DNA of 64,000 nucleotides, from contig JAGGUP010000099.1 in NCBI GenBank assembly GCA_021158405.1, forward strand, positions 1,211-65,210. Reading direction: 5' to 3'. Numbering within the stretch: position 1 is the stretch's first letter; every line of letters starts with the position of its first letter. The position numbers were made by a program, and so were the translations under genes. Below the pieces are notes generated by a model. That model did no database searches, had not been told where the DNA came from, and saw only the letters and a program-made list of their open reading frames with translations. This DNA comes from Bacteroidales bacterium (GTDB taxonomy: Bacteria > Bacteroidota > Bacteroidia > Bacteroidales > UBA12170). This document shows, one piece after another, positions 30,938-41,426 of this stretch.

Positions 30938-32299
30938 ATGACATTTGAAAATTTAGGGCTTATTGAGCCCATCCTAAAAGCCCTCGAAGCAGAAGGCTAT
31001 AAATATCCCACCCCTATTCAAGAACAATCAATCCCAATACTTTTAAAAGGAAAAGATTTATTAGGTTGCGCCCAAACAGGAACTGGAAAAACAGCAGCTT
31101 TTGCTATTCCGATACTTCAGCATTTATATAAAAATAAAACTTCTGATAAAGGTCGTCGCAAGATTAAAGCGCTAGTTGTAACTCCAACACGGGAATTAGC
31201 CATACAAATTGGCGAAAGTTTTACTACTTACGGAAAATTCACAGGAATTAAAAATACCGTTATTTTTGGTGGGGTAAAACAATTGACACAAACACAAGCT
31301 CTTCAAAGAGGAGTTGATGTTTTGGTTGCAACTCCAGGAAGACTTTTAGACCTGATTGATCAGGGATACATTTCATTAAGAGACGTTGAATATTCTGTAT
31401 TGGATGAAGCCGACCATATGTTGGATATGGGTTTTATCCACGATATTAAAAAAATCATCGCAAAACTTCCTTCAAAAAGACAATCATTATTCTTTTCAGC
31501 CACCATGCCTACAGAAATTATTGCGCTATCAAGTAAGATTCTTGGTAATCCTGAAAAAGTGACTATAAATCCAGAGCAAACCACAGCAGAAAAGGTAGAG
31601 CAGGCGGTTTATTTTGTTAGTAAAGGCAATAAACCCAAACTCTTAACGCACCTTTTACAAACGGAAGTTTTCGGATCTGTTTTAGTCTTTTCTCGGACAA
31701 AACACGGAGCCGATCGGATTGTTAAATTATTGGGAAAAGCCAATATCAAAGCAGCGGCTATCCACGGAAACAAATCTCAAGCATCAAGACAAAGGGCTTT
31801 AGAAAATTTTAAAAATGGCGAAGTAAGTATTTTGATTGCTACCGATATTGCAGCTCGCGGTATCGATGTTGAAGAATTATCTTACGTAATCAATTACGAT
31901 TTACCCAATATCTCAGAAACTTATATTCACCGTATCGGTCGAACAGGTCGGGCAAGCTTAAGCGGAGTTGCATTATCCTTCTGTGATGGAGAAGAAAGGC
32001 CTTATTTAAAAGATATCCAAAAACTAATTGGTAAGGAAGTTCCTGTTATAACAGATCAGCCTTATGAAGATGATGGCACTTTTATACCATCTAAGAAAAA
32101 TTCAAGATCTCAACAAAGACCACAAAGCAGATCAGGACGGCCAGAAAGAAGTGGCGGTGGACGAAGTAGTAGCGGACGAAATGCTGGAAGTAGTAGAAAC
32201 AAATCGAGTGCTAGCGGACGAAGTGCGAGAGGCCATAGAAGTACCGGAAGTACTAGTCAATCGAAACCTCGTAGGTCTTTTTCAAAAAAATCAAATTAA
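30938..32299 (+). CDS. rhlE: DEAD-box RNA helicase, RhlE-like
   Basis: [21 protein letters not shown] and HRIGRTGRA motifs, with a basic Ser/Arg-rich tail. Confidence 0.85.
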   Translation: MTFENLGLIEPILKALEAEGYKYPTPIQEQSIPILLKGKDLLGCAQTGTGKTAAFAIPILQHLYKNKTSDKGRRKIKALVVTPTRELAIQIGESFTTYGKFTGIKNTVIFGGVKQLTQTQALQRGVDVLVATPGRLLDLIDQGYISLRDVEYSVLDEADHMLDMGFIHDIKKIIAKLPSKRQSLFFSATMPTEIIALSSKILGNPEKVTINPEQTTAEKVEQAVYFVSKGNKPKLLTHLLQTEVFGSVLVFSRTKHGADRIVKLLGKANIKAAAIHGNKSQASRQRALENFKNGEVSILIATDIAARGIDVEELSYVINYDLPNISETYIHRIGRTGRASLSGVALSFCDGEERPYLKDIQKLIGKEVPVITDQPYEDDGTFIPSKKNSRSQQRPQSRSGRPERSGGGRSSSGRNAGSSRNKSSASGRSARGHRSTGSTSQSKPRRSFSKKSN

Positions 32300-32321
32300 T
32301 TCTACGTTATTTTATTTCAAA

Positions 32322-33602
32322 TTATTTCTCTGGCGATTTAGATTCAAGCAAGTTATTTTTATTTCCCAACATACAAGAATTCCCTGCCAGCCAACCGGTA
32401 GAATAGGCAATCTGTAAATTATAGCCCCCTGTTTTGGCATCCAAATCAATCATTTCTCCGGCAAAGAACAAACCTGAAACCAATTTAGATTCCATAGTTT
32501 TAGGAAATATTTCTTTGGTGGAGATTCCTCCTGCCGTAATAATGGCTTCCTTAAAAGATCGGGAGTGACTAACTTTAAAGGGCATATTTTTTAATAGATG
32601 GCGAATTTTTTTGCGCTCTTTTCCCGAAATCTGATGACATTCTTTTTCAGGATCAAGTTCTAAAAGCTCAATAAAAACAGGAATCATAGAAGACGGCAAC
32701 CAGTTACGGAATATATTACTGATCTTTTTCTTACCATGCTCATTCAAATCGCGCTGCAAACGATTATCTAGCTTTTGTTCATCTAAAGCAGGCTTTAAAT
32801 CAATGGTGATTTCCACTTTATTATTCTTTTGCAATTCGGCAACCATAATTCTACTAAGCGTAAGAATAATTGGACCTGATAAACCAAAATGCGTAAAAAT
32901 CATTTCACCAAAATCTTCACCCATTTTTTTGCCATTCACCCAAACAACAGCTCTTACATTTTTTAAATTTAAGCCTTGCAGTTTTTGCGCTACACCACCT
33001 TCGGTTTCAACAGGAACTAAAGCTGGAATTGGCTTTTCAATAGTATGCCCTACTCTTCTTGCCAGCTCATAGCCTTCACCATTCGAACCGGTTGCTGGAT
33101 AAGATTTTCCTCCCGTTGAGAGAATAACACTTTTGGCAAGAAACTCTTGTCCATTCGAGTAAAGACCTAGGATTTCATCATTTTCTACAATCAACTTCTC
33201 TACTTTAAAACCTGTACGTATTTCTACTTTTAAGTCATCAACCCAATGCAGAAGCGCATCCAAAACATCTTTGGCTTTATTGTTTGTGGGAAAATAACGA
33301 CCTCCTCTTTCTAATGAAACCTCAACACCATATCGCTCCAAAAGATCAATAATATCCTTTGAATAATACTGAGCAAAAGCGTTTCTTAAAAACTTACCGT
33401 TGGGAAAAACATATTTGATAAACTCACCAACAGAGGCGTCATTGGTAATATTGCATCGCCCCTTTCCTGTAATAAGCAGCTTACGTCCGGGATGCCTCAT
33501 TTTTTCCAGAATTAGAACTTTTCCTCCCAATTCAGCAGCACGACCTGCTGCTAATAAGCCAGCGGGTCCCGCTCCTACAACTATTACATCGTAACTTTCC
33601 AT
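32322..33602 (-). CDS. HI0933/YhiN/BaiN family flavoprotein
   Basis: VGAGPAG, GRKLLITGKGRCN, TAGG and GGYNLQIA motifs. Likely start 33602. Confidence 0.9.
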   Translation of the reverse strand: MESYDVIVVGAGPAGLLAAGRAAELGGKVLILEKMRHPGRKLLITGKGRCNITNDASVGEFIKYVFPNGKFLRNAFAQYYSKDIIDLLERYGVEVSLERGGRYFPTNNKAKDVLDALLHWVDDLKVEIRTGFKVEKLIVENDEILGLYSNGQEFLAKSVILSTGGKSYPATGSNGEGYELARRVGHTIEKPIPALVPVETEGGVAQKLQGLNLKNVRAVVWVNGKKMGEDFGEMIFTHFGLSGPIILTLSRIMVAELQKNNKVEITIDLKPALDEQKLDNRLQRDLNEHGKKKISNIFRNWLPSSMIPVFIELLELDPEKECHQISGKERKKIRHLLKNMPFKVSHSRSFKEAIITAGGISTKEIFPKTMESKLVSGLFFAGEMIDLDAKTGGYNLQIAYSTGWLAGNSCMLGNKNNLLESKSPEK

Positions 33603-33627
33603 TCGGTGCAAAGGTATCCTTTATTGC

Positions 33628-33828
33628 TTAATCGCCTTCTTCCAACTCAAAAATATCGTTGACGGTTTTATCGAAAATAAGAGCAATTTTTAAAGCCAAT
33701 ATCGTAGACAAATTATATTTACCCAGTTCTATTGCATTGATTGTCTGACGACTAACATTTGCCAATTCCGCCAGACGAGCCTGAGTGATATTCTTTTTAG
33801 CCCTTTCTACTTTAATACTATTTTTCAT
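33628..33828 (-). CDS. Small XRE/Cro-C1 HTH transcriptional regulator
   Basis: ITQARLAELANVSRQTINAIELGKYN helix-turn-helix, 66 aa. Confidence 0.9.
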   Translation of the reverse strand: MKNSIKVERAKKNITQARLAELANVSRQTINAIELGKYNLSTILALKIALIFDKTVNDIFELEEGD

Positions 33829-34294
33829 AATCCAATGTCTTCCTTGATTTATAAAGTGCCCAATTGTACCGAATAATAAAAAAGATAAGGACTGTAAACA
33901 TATTGAATACCATTACCCAGAAAAAACTCATATTATACACAAAAATTAAAGCGAGAATTAAAATGGCATAATTTACATAAGTGGCCCAAACCAATGATTC
34001 AAGTCTGATTTTGGAAATAAATTCATCTTCAGTTTTTTCTTTTGAAAAAGCAATAAAAATGGCACTGACAATAATTAGGATCCCAATAATCTCATCTACA
34101 ATATTGTTTTCGACAATTACAAAAAACTGAACACTATCTGAAAATTTTTCATTAAATAATGCAATTGTTTTGATATCGAAAGCTGTGGGTTCAAACTCAA
34201 AAATTACCCACAATAAACCTAATATCACAACCGGAATAAAAATTATCCAACCTATTCTTTTAAATCGATTGGGAAGTAAGAAATTTGTTTTCAT
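33818..34294 (-). CDS. Four-TM membrane protein overlapping the XRE gene
   Basis: Hydrophobic segments with a central FSKEKTEDEFISKIRLES motif. Overlaps the XRE start by 11 bp. Confidence 0.85.
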   Translation of the reverse strand: MKTNFLLPNRFKRIGWIIFIPVVILGLLWVIFEFEPTAFDIKTIALFNEKFSDSVQFFVIVENNIVDEIIGILIIVSAIFIAFSKEKTEDEFISKIRLESLVWATYVNYAILILALIFVYNMSFFWVMVFNMFTVLIFFIIRYNWALYKSRKTLDYEK

Positions 34295-34317
34295 AATATT
34301 TTATTTAAAAATTAGAC

Positions 34318-34363
34318 TGCAAATGTAATGTATAAATATCATTATGTCAAGTATTATTTACAT
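34318..34363 (-). promoter_or_regulatory. Promoter and palindromic operator of the membrane/XRE operon
   Basis: Minus-strand -7 box TACATTTG (34320-34327) and imperfect palindrome ATGTCAAG-TATTA-TTTACAT (34344-34363). Confidence 0.55.
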
Positions 34364-34614
34364 TTAGACGGCTTTGTTTGACATTATTCTTAAAATAATT
34401 GTTTCCTACTTTTGAAATTCACTTTTAAATTAAACAAGGACCGTACTGATTTTTCGATCATAACACACAATCCATCGACTTAAAAGAATGATCCTCAGAA
34501 CAATTATTTAACAAAAGACTTGCTATAACGCTTATATTTTTCTATATTGCTGCAATTTAGAGAATTAAGGTATTTTCATTTATCCGAAATTTTAATTTTT
34601 AGAAGGAAATAATT

Positions 34615-34902
34615 ATGAATCAAGCACAGTTAATACGGAATCTTGCGTTACGCATAGGCCAAACGCAAGTCGACACAAAACAGTTAATGAAAAGTTCCCT
34701 AGAAATTATTGTCGATATACTTGATCAGGACATTCCTGTCTCTATTCCCAGATTAGGAACTTTTTATACAGTCACCAATAAAAAAAGGAAAGCCTACAGC
34801 CCGTTTCACAAACAAGAAATGATATTACCTCCAAAGCGGGTCATTCGATTTCGACCTAGTTCTTTTATTAAGGCTGAAATAAACTCTAAACCGGTCGAGT
34901 GA
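34615..34902 (+). CDS. HU/IHF family DNA-binding protein (divergent)
   Basis: MNQAQLI helix, VSIPRLGTF, arm-tip Pro (AYSPFHK), VIRFRPS. Confidence 0.85.
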   Translation: MNQAQLIRNLALRIGQTQVDTKQLMKSSLEIIVDILDQDIPVSIPRLGTFYTVTNKKRKAYSPFHKQEMILPPKRVIRFRPSSFIKAEINSKPVE

Positions 34903-35987
34903 TGAAAGATAAACTGACATTTGCAAACCTAGTGGATAAGATTGCTTCCGAAACCGGTACAACAAAAAAACTGGTGCGTGATCTTTTAAAAGAAATGGTT
35001 GTTTTAAACAAGGAGAACCTTGTTAAAGATGGGAAGAATAACTTTCCCGATTTCGGAAGTCTATCTGTGAAATGGCATAAAGCAAAATTGGTTCGCAATC
35101 CTTCGAGTGGAGAAATCAATACTGTACCAGCTCATGCAGCGATAAACTTCAAAGCTCAAAATTCTATAGGTGAACATATTAACCGTGCATATTCCCATCT
35201 CCACCCTGAGCTAATAAAAATAGAGCCCATGGAAGGAAAAGAAAATCCTCCATTTATTCCTGTGATAGAAAAAGAGACTTTGAAAACTATTGAAGAAGTC
35301 CCTGTAAAAGAAAATAAAAAGGATGTGTTTATTCCTATTCAAGAAGTTTCAAAGAGAAATCCGCCTCCTCCTGAAAAAGAAGAAAAAAGTCACACTAGTA
35401 GATGGTGGCTCTTTTTATTTTTGCTTGCCCTCTTTCTTGTTTTTATATTCTGGCCTACCTCAAATTCAAAGAACGAAATACAATCTCCAAAGAAAGAAAC
35501 CCAAAACAATGTACCTAAAAAAACAAATTCGTCTATTGAAAATCAAGCTCCTGCAATCCAAACCCAAGAACTTATTGTTCAGAAAGATATTGCAAGAACA
35601 CCCTCACAAAAAATTAGTGTCGAAAAGGGAGAATATTATTATACTATTGCCAAAAAATATTACCACAAAGAAGCCCTTTGGCCACTCATTTATTATGCAA
35701 ACTATGTACAAGCCGAAAATCCGGATTTTCTACAGGTTGGTAGAGAAATCATCATCCCGGCATTGCAGGGTATTCCGGAAAATTTATCTGTACAAGATAA
35801 AAAAGAATTGGCACAAGCTTATGTGGAAATCTATCTTGTTTACAATCCCATCAACCACATAAAAGCAATGAGTTATCTATGGACGGCCAATCAACTGGAT
35901 ACGGAGTTATTGAAAGTTAATCGTAATCGCATTTCTGAAAAGGATGTGCAAACGATGAAGAGCATTAAAGGTAAATTGAAATATTAG
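34899..35987 (+). CDS. HU-domain, TM, LysM fusion protein
   Basis: N-terminal HU domain (FPDFGSL...RNPSSGE...INFKA), Pro/Glu linker, TM RWWLFLFLLALFLVFIFWP, LysM VEKGEYYYTIAKKYY...WPLIYYAN...NPDFLQVGREIIIP. Confidence 0.85.
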   Translation: MMKDKLTFANLVDKIASETGTTKKLVRDLLKEMVVLNKENLVKDGKNNFPDFGSLSVKWHKAKLVRNPSSGEINTVPAHAAINFKAQNSIGEHINRAYSHLHPELIKIEPMEGKENPPFIPVIEKETLKTIEEVPVKENKKDVFIPIQEVSKRNPPPPEKEEKSHTSRWWLFLFLLALFLVFIFWPTSNSKNEIQSPKKETQNNVPKKTNSSIENQAPAIQTQELIVQKDIARTPSQKISVEKGEYYYTIAKKYYHKEALWPLIYYANYVQAENPDFLQVGREIIIPALQGIPENLSVQDKKELAQAYVEIYLVYNPINHIKAMSYLWTANQLDTELLKVNRNRISEKDVQTMKSIKGKLKY

Positions 35988-36014
35988 AGGAAAAACTATA
36001 CTCGCTAAGATAAA

Positions 36015-36413
36015 TCAAATAAAACTGGACACTTTCGATTCCATCAAATATTTTTTAAAATCGTTAGTTAATTTATGGATAATTCCACCCATAATACATT
36101 TTTCAAAAGGGCAAATGGGTCGATCCAATGGACAGTCTTGCAATTCGATAGGTCCTTCTATCGCATAATAAATATCATAGAGTGTAATTTCGCTTGCGGG
36201 TCTTTTTAGTATAAATCCACCTGCAGGGCCTCGTGTCGAGCTAAGTAAATTGGTTTTTACCAAACGCTGCATCACCTTCGCTAAATGATTTTTACTGGAA
36301 GCTGTTGCAGTTGCTATCTGATTTACATTAACAAGTTTGTCGCTTCCTGCAATTAATATTACTGCATGTACTGCAAGTGAAGAAGCTTCGGATAAAGTGA
36401 CAACTTTTGCCAT
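36015..36413 (-). CDS. Rrf2 family transcriptional regulator
   Basis: STRGPAGGF wing and C-terminal C-x6-C-x4-C. Confidence 0.9.
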   Translation of the reverse strand: MAKVVTLSEASSLAVHAVILIAGSDKLVNVNQIATATASSKNHLAKVMQRLVKTNLLSSTRGPAGGFILKRPASEITLYDIYYAIEGPIELQDCPLDRPICPFEKCIMGGIIHKLTNDFKKYLMESKVSSFI

Positions 36414-36544
36414 TATTATGTTCTAAATTAGTTTTGTAAATATACAAATATTTCAGTAATTCATATCGGAAATGCAAATTTAGAATAAAAATATTGAAAA
36501 TGAGAGAAATAGTTCACTATAAGTAAACTATTTCCCTTGTGTTT

Positions 36545-38809
36545 TTATGAATTTTGAAGCTTAATCAAATTTAAAGCACTTCCTGCTTTAAACCAATCGA
36601 TTTGATTTTGATTGTAGGTATGATTGGCAAGTATTTCATCTTTAGAACCATCTGCATGGTTGATCACAATTGTAAGTTGTTTTCCAGGAGCAAAGTCTTT
36701 CAATCCAACAACATCAAAAAGATCATCTTCACGAACCAAATCGTAATCAGCTTTATTTGCAAAGGTCAAACCAAGCATTCCTTGTTTTTTGAGGTTAGTT
36801 TCGTGAATACGGGCAAATGAACGTACTAATACAACTTTCACGCCCAAATTACGAGGTTCCATAGCTGCGTGTTCACGACTTGAACCTTCCCCATAATTTT
36901 CATCACCGATAACAATAGAACCCATTCCGGCTTCTTTATAAGCACGAGCTGTAGCAGGAACTTCTCCTTTTTTACCAGTTAATTGGTTTACAACTTCATT
37001 GGTAGCTTCACCAAAATAATTTACAGCACCAATCAACATATTATTTGAAATATTATCGAGGTGACCACGATAGCGTAACCAAGGTCCAGCCATAGAAATA
37101 TGGTCAGTAGTACATTTTCCTTTCGCTTTGATAAGCAATTTCATTCCTTTATAATCTTTGCCATCCCAAACATTGAAAGGAGTCAAAAGTTGTAAACGAT
37201 CAGAAGATGGGCTTACAGAAATTTTGATTCCACTTCCGTCAACAGCTGGAGCTACAAAGCCATTATCTTTTACAGCATAACCTTTTTTAGGCAAAGCATC
37301 ACCTGTGGGCTCTTCTAACATCACTTCAATACCTTCTCTATTTATTAACTTATCTTTCAAAGGATTGAAACGCATATCGCCGGCAATTGTCATAGCGGTA
37401 ACCATTTCGGGAGAAGCAACAAAAGCATAGGTATTAGGATTACCATCAGCACGCTTAACAAAGTTGCGGTTAAACGAATGGATGATCGCATTTTTTTCTT
37501 GTTTTTCAGCACCTTTGCGAGCCCATTGACCAATACAAGGACCACAAGCGTTGGCTAAAACTGTTCCTCCAATACTTTCGAATATAGAAACAAATCCATC
37601 ACGAGCAACGGTATAACGCACTTGTTCAGAGCCGGGAGTAATACGAAATTCTGCTTTTACTTCTAAATTTTTATCGGCAGCCTGCTTGGCAATAGAAGCA
37701 GCACGACTAATGTCTTCGTATGAAGAGTTTGTACATGAACCTATCAAACCAACTTCCATTTTTGTAGGCCATCCGTTTTCTTCTACTGCTTTTGCAAACT
37801 CAGAAATTGGGGTTGCACGATCAGGAGTAAAAGGACCATTCAAATGTGGTTCTAATTCATCTAAATTAATTTCCACAATTTCGTCATAATATTTTTCAGG
37901 ATTAGTATATACTTCATCATCTGCTCTCAAGTAGGCAGCCATTTTGTCGGCTTCTTTAGCTACATCGGCACGATCGGTAGCGCGAAGGTATTCAGCCATT
38001 TTTGGTCCGTAAGCAAAAATAGAAGTCGTTGCTCCTACTTCGGCACCCATATTACATATCGTTCCTTTTCCGGTACAAGAAATTGAATCAGCACCTTCTC
38101 CAAAATATTCAACAATAGCTCCTGTTCCTCCTTTTACAGTAAGGATACCGGCCACTTTTAATATCACATCTTTAGGAGCTGTCCAACCACTTAATTTACC
38201 AATCAATTTAATACCTATTAATTTAGGAAATTTAAGTTCCCAAGCCATACCCGCCATCACGTCAACAGCATCAGCACCACCAACACCAATAGCAACCATA
38301 CCTAAACCACCGGCATTAACCGTATGAGAATCAGTTCCTATCATCATTCCGCCAGGAAAAGCATAATTTTCTAAAACAATCTGATGAATAATACCTGCGC
38401 CCGGTTTCCAAAAACCTAGTCCGTATTTATTTGATACTGAACCTAAAAAATCATACACTTCTTTATTGGTTATTTCAGCAGTAGCCAAATCTTCATTAGC
38501 ACCAATTTTGGCTTGAATGAGATGATCGCAATGAACAGTAGAAGGAACTGCAACTTTACTTTTTCCGGCTTGAATAAACTGCAGCAGAGCCATTTGAGCA
38601 GTAGCATCTTGCATAGCTACACGGTCGGGATTAAAATCAACATAAGATTCTCCCCGTTTATGTGTTTGAGTTGGAACTCCCTCATCTAGATGAGAATAAA
38701 GCACTTTTTCTGTATAGGTCAGAGGTCTTCCAACCAATTTGCGAGCAGCATCCACGCGTTCTGCCATACGGGCATATACGCCCTTAATCATATCAATATC
38801 GTATGCCAT
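36545..38809 (-). CDS. acnA: Aconitate hydratase (mitochondrial-like clade)
   Basis: [27 protein letters not shown] cluster ligands, TTDHIS and GSSREHAA. Confidence 0.93.
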   Translation of the reverse strand: MAYDIDMIKGVYARMAERVDAARKLVGRPLTYTEKVLYSHLDEGVPTQTHKRGESYVDFNPDRVAMQDATAQMALLQFIQAGKSKVAVPSTVHCDHLIQAKIGANEDLATAEITNKEVYDFLGSVSNKYGLGFWKPGAGIIHQIVLENYAFPGGMMIGTDSHTVNAGGLGMVAIGVGGADAVDVMAGMAWELKFPKLIGIKLIGKLSGWTAPKDVILKVAGILTVKGGTGAIVEYFGEGADSISCTGKGTICNMGAEVGATTSIFAYGPKMAEYLRATDRADVAKEADKMAAYLRADDEVYTNPEKYYDEIVEINLDELEPHLNGPFTPDRATPISEFAKAVEENGWPTKMEVGLIGSCTNSSYEDISRAASIAKQAADKNLEVKAEFRITPGSEQVRYTVARDGFVSIFESIGGTVLANACGPCIGQWARKGAEKQEKNAIIHSFNRNFVKRADGNPNTYAFVASPEMVTAMTIAGDMRFNPLKDKLINREGIEVMLEEPTGDALPKKGYAVKDNGFVAPAVDGSGIKISVSPSSDRLQLLTPFNVWDGKDYKGMKLLIKAKGKCTTDHISMAGPWLRYRGHLDNISNNMLIGAVNYFGEATNEVVNQLTGKKGEVPATARAYKEAGMGSIVIGDENYGEGSSREHAAMEPRNLGVKVVLVRSFARIHETNLKKQGMLGLTFANKADYDLVREDDLFDVVGLKDFAPGKQLTIVINHADGSKDEILANHTYNQNQIDWFKAGSALNLIKLQNS

Positions 38810-38987
38810 AATGAAATATTTAGGTTTTATTTATTTAATTTCTTAAAATCGAGTGCAAAGGTAGTGAAAAGAGAAAAATTATTATGCATGAATAAGATTG
38901 ATTTTTAAACAACTTTAGTAAAATTAGCTTAGTTTAGAACAGATATAAATCAGTTTTGTAATAATCTATTTATTTGAATGGTTTTTT

Positions 38988-39141
38988 CTTTGCGGCTCTG
39001 CGACCTTGCGAGCATTCTTTTCTTTCGCTATGACATAAAAACACCAAGTATATATAAGACGCTTGTTTGGAACACAATCCTATGCGTTTCTGCGATTTTG
39101 CGTGACTAATTTTTCTCTCGCCAAGCTGCCAAGACGCTAAG
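38988..39141. repeat. Intergenic element made of 8-nt-period TGCG triads in both orientations
   Basis: ctttgcggctctgcgaccttgcgag (38988-39012), tatgcgtttctgcgattttgcgtga (39081-39105) and the inverse triad ctcgccaagctgccaagacgctaag (39117-39141). Confidence 0.6.
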
Positions 39142-39283
39142 CTCTTATTAAATGTGAATTTAAATAAAATCGCCATACTTTCCGAAAATTGCTCTCAAAT
39201 AAATTAACCTAATTTTAGCTTTATTAAAAATGGAATGTAATTTTTTCTTATTTTAATCGTCAGAGAGAGCAAGGAATAAACTT

Positions 39284-40174
39284 ATGGAAATTTTAAATAT
39301 CAATCAACTTACTAAACATTACGGCAAATTAACCGCTGTTAACAAACTCAATGTCAGTATAGAAAAGGGTTCTATTTATGGGATTTTAGGTCCAAACGGA
39401 AGTGGTAAGACGACTACATTGGGAATGATTCTTAATGTTATTCGGCCAAGTGCCGGCACTTTTACATGGTTTGCGAACACTAATCAAAATGTAAACCGAC
39501 AAAAAATAGGCGCCATTATAGAAACTCCAATTTTCTACCCTTATTTATCCGGACAAAAAAATTTGGAGATATTCTGTCGGATAAAAAGGATAGACAATAC
39601 GGATATTGAACGTGTTTTAAAAATTGTCGACTTATACGACAGACGAAAAGATACTTTTAAAACGTATTCGTTGGGGATGAAACAGCGTTTGGCTATTGCC
39701 GGCGCTTTGTTGGGAGAGCCGGAAGTATTAATCCTTGACGAACCTACAAATGGACTTGATCCACAAGGGATTGCAGAAATAAGAAATTTAATTATCGCTA
39801 TTGCTAAACAAGGACTAACGATTATTCTGGCGAGTCATTTATTGGACGAAGTACAAAAAGTGTGTAGCCATGTGCTGATTCTAAAAGAAGGCAAAATGCT
39901 TATTTCAGGAAAAGTGGATAATATCTTGCTTGAGCCTAATATTTTCGAAATTAAAGTTGATGAAAGAGAAAAGCTCCACAAACTTATCAATAATACTCCC
40001 GAAATAACCTTAGTTCAAGAACACAATAACCTCTTTATCGTAAACTATAAAAACCAGAGCAATGGACAGGAATTAAATCGCTTTTTATTTGAAAACGGTT
40101 TAGTAGCCAATCATCTGCAAAAACAAGAAAAATCTTTAGAATCTTACTTTTTAGATATTATAGAACATGCTTAG
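39284..40174 (+). CDS. ABC transporter ATP-binding protein (exporter type)
   Basis: GPNGSGKT, YSLGMKQR and LDEPTNG motifs. Confidence 0.92.
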   Translation: MEILNINQLTKHYGKLTAVNKLNVSIEKGSIYGILGPNGSGKTTTLGMILNVIRPSAGTFTWFANTNQNVNRQKIGAIIETPIFYPYLSGQKNLEIFCRIKRIDNTDIERVLKIVDLYDRRKDTFKTYSLGMKQRLAIAGALLGEPEVLILDEPTNGLDPQGIAEIRNLIIAIAKQGLTIILASHLLDEVQKVCSHVLILKEGKMLISGKVDNILLEPNIFEIKVDEREKLHKLINNTPEITLVQEHNNLFIVNYKNQSNGQELNRFLFENGLVANHLQKQEKSLESYFLDIIEHA

Positions 40175-40970
40175 ATTACTACATATAGAATTTATTAAGG
40201 CTTTTAATTTTAAAGCCTTGTGGTATTTATTTCTCATTTATATTCTTGCATTGGGACTAATCCTTTTTGGAGTAGAGACCTTTATTAATGATGTTATTGG
40301 TGAAGGCGGACGAAATTTGCCGATTACTTTGCCAAAAATGTCGCTTTATGCATTTCCTTTAGTTTGGCATAATGTGACTTATTTATCCGGTTTTTTTAAG
40401 GCTTTTCCAGCCATTATGATTATCATTTTAGTAACGAACGAATACAGTTACAAAACAATTAAACAACAAGTTATTTCAGGGTTAAGTCGCAACGAATTAT
40501 TTTTTGCCAAAATAAGTCTAATCCTTGCAACATCTGTTATTATGGGATTATTAGTAGGCCTTTTCGGTTTTATTTTAGGGATTTTAAACACAGAAACATT
40601 AGCATTCAAAACCCTTTTTGAAAAATCACAGTTTATACTTGTCTATATGTTCGAAGTATTTGCCTATTGTACTTTTGGCTTCTTAATTGCTACCTTGGTA
40701 AAAAGATCAGGATTTGCAATTGGAGTGCTCTTGCTTTGGGCCTATATAGCCGAACCCATAATTAATTATAAGCTTCCCGGAAATTGGGGTGATTATCTGC
40801 CTTTACAAAGTATTGGAAATTTGATTCGCATCCCAAACAGTCAATTAATGAAAATTGTCGGGATTGAATTTCAGGAATATATTTCCAGTGGTGATTTAAT
40901 GATCGCCTTGATTTATACTTTACTTTTTAGCTCCATCGTTTGGGTCATATACCGAAGAAGTGATTTATAG
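40167..40970 (+). CDS. ABC-2 type permease
   Basis: About 6 TM segments and NEYSYKTIKQ motif. Overlaps the ATPase gene. Confidence 0.88.
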   Translation: MLRLLHIEFIKAFNFKALWYLFLIYILALGLILFGVETFINDVIGEGGRNLPITLPKMSLYAFPLVWHNVTYLSGFFKAFPAIMIIILVTNEYSYKTIKQQVISGLSRNELFFAKISLILATSVIMGLLVGLFGFILGILNTETLAFKTLFEKSQFILVYMFEVFAYCTFGFLIATLVKRSGFAIGVLLLWAYIAEPIINYKLPGNWGDYLPLQSIGNLIRIPNSQLMKIVGIEFQEYISSGDLMIALIYTLLFSSIVWVIYRRSDL

Positions 40971-41069
40971 TCTTCACTTAGAGTTATTTTATCACCTAAA
41001 TCGAAACCGATAAAACACTAATTTTATTGGTTTCAGACAACTTTTAATGCTCCTAAATAATTCAACAAA

Positions 41070-41110
41070 TATATTTGCAAAGCACGAAGTCTTCGATTAT
41101 ATTTGCAAAG
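41070..41110 (+). promoter_or_regulatory. Primary-sigma promoter of the zap-6S-rny region
   Basis: TTTG (41074-41077), N20, TATATTTG (41098-41105), which is -33/-7 geometry. TATATTTGCAAAG is duplicated 28 bp apart with a CGAAG-T-CTTCG palindrome in the spacer. Confidence 0.7.
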
Positions 41111-41129
41111 TAGAACTTAGAAAGAAGAT

Positions 41130-41417
41130 ATGGAAGACGCTAGTATTTTGATTTCAGGTATTGAATACAAAATCAAAGTGCTAGCCGAAAACAACAAAAT
41201 TCTTTTTGATGAAAACGCAAAATTGAAACAACAGAATTCAGAGATTAATGCTTTGATTCATTTGCAGCAAGATGAATTAAAATTATTAAAAGAGAAAGTT
41301 GCTGTTTTAGAAGTATCGAAAACCTTTGGTTCGGATACAGATAGGCAAAGTGCCAAAATCAAAATAAACGAACTAGTGCGGGAAATTGATGAATGTTTAA
41401 ATCTTTTAAATAAATAA
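41130..41417 (+). CDS. Coiled-coil protein upstream of zapA (ZapB-like)
   Basis: Heptad pattern and C-terminal KINELVREIDECLNLL, in the position upstream of zapA usual in Bacteroidota. Confidence 0.75.
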   Translation: MEDASILISGIEYKIKVLAENNKILFDENAKLKQQNSEINALIHLQQDELKLLKEKVAVLEVSKTFGSDTDRQSAKIKINELVREIDECLNLLNK

Positions 41418-41426
41418 AAATTAATA

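Noticed and set aside
38970-39176. 68-aa ORF in the acnA-ABC gap
   Set aside because: It coincides with the TGCG repeat element and has no protein-like features.
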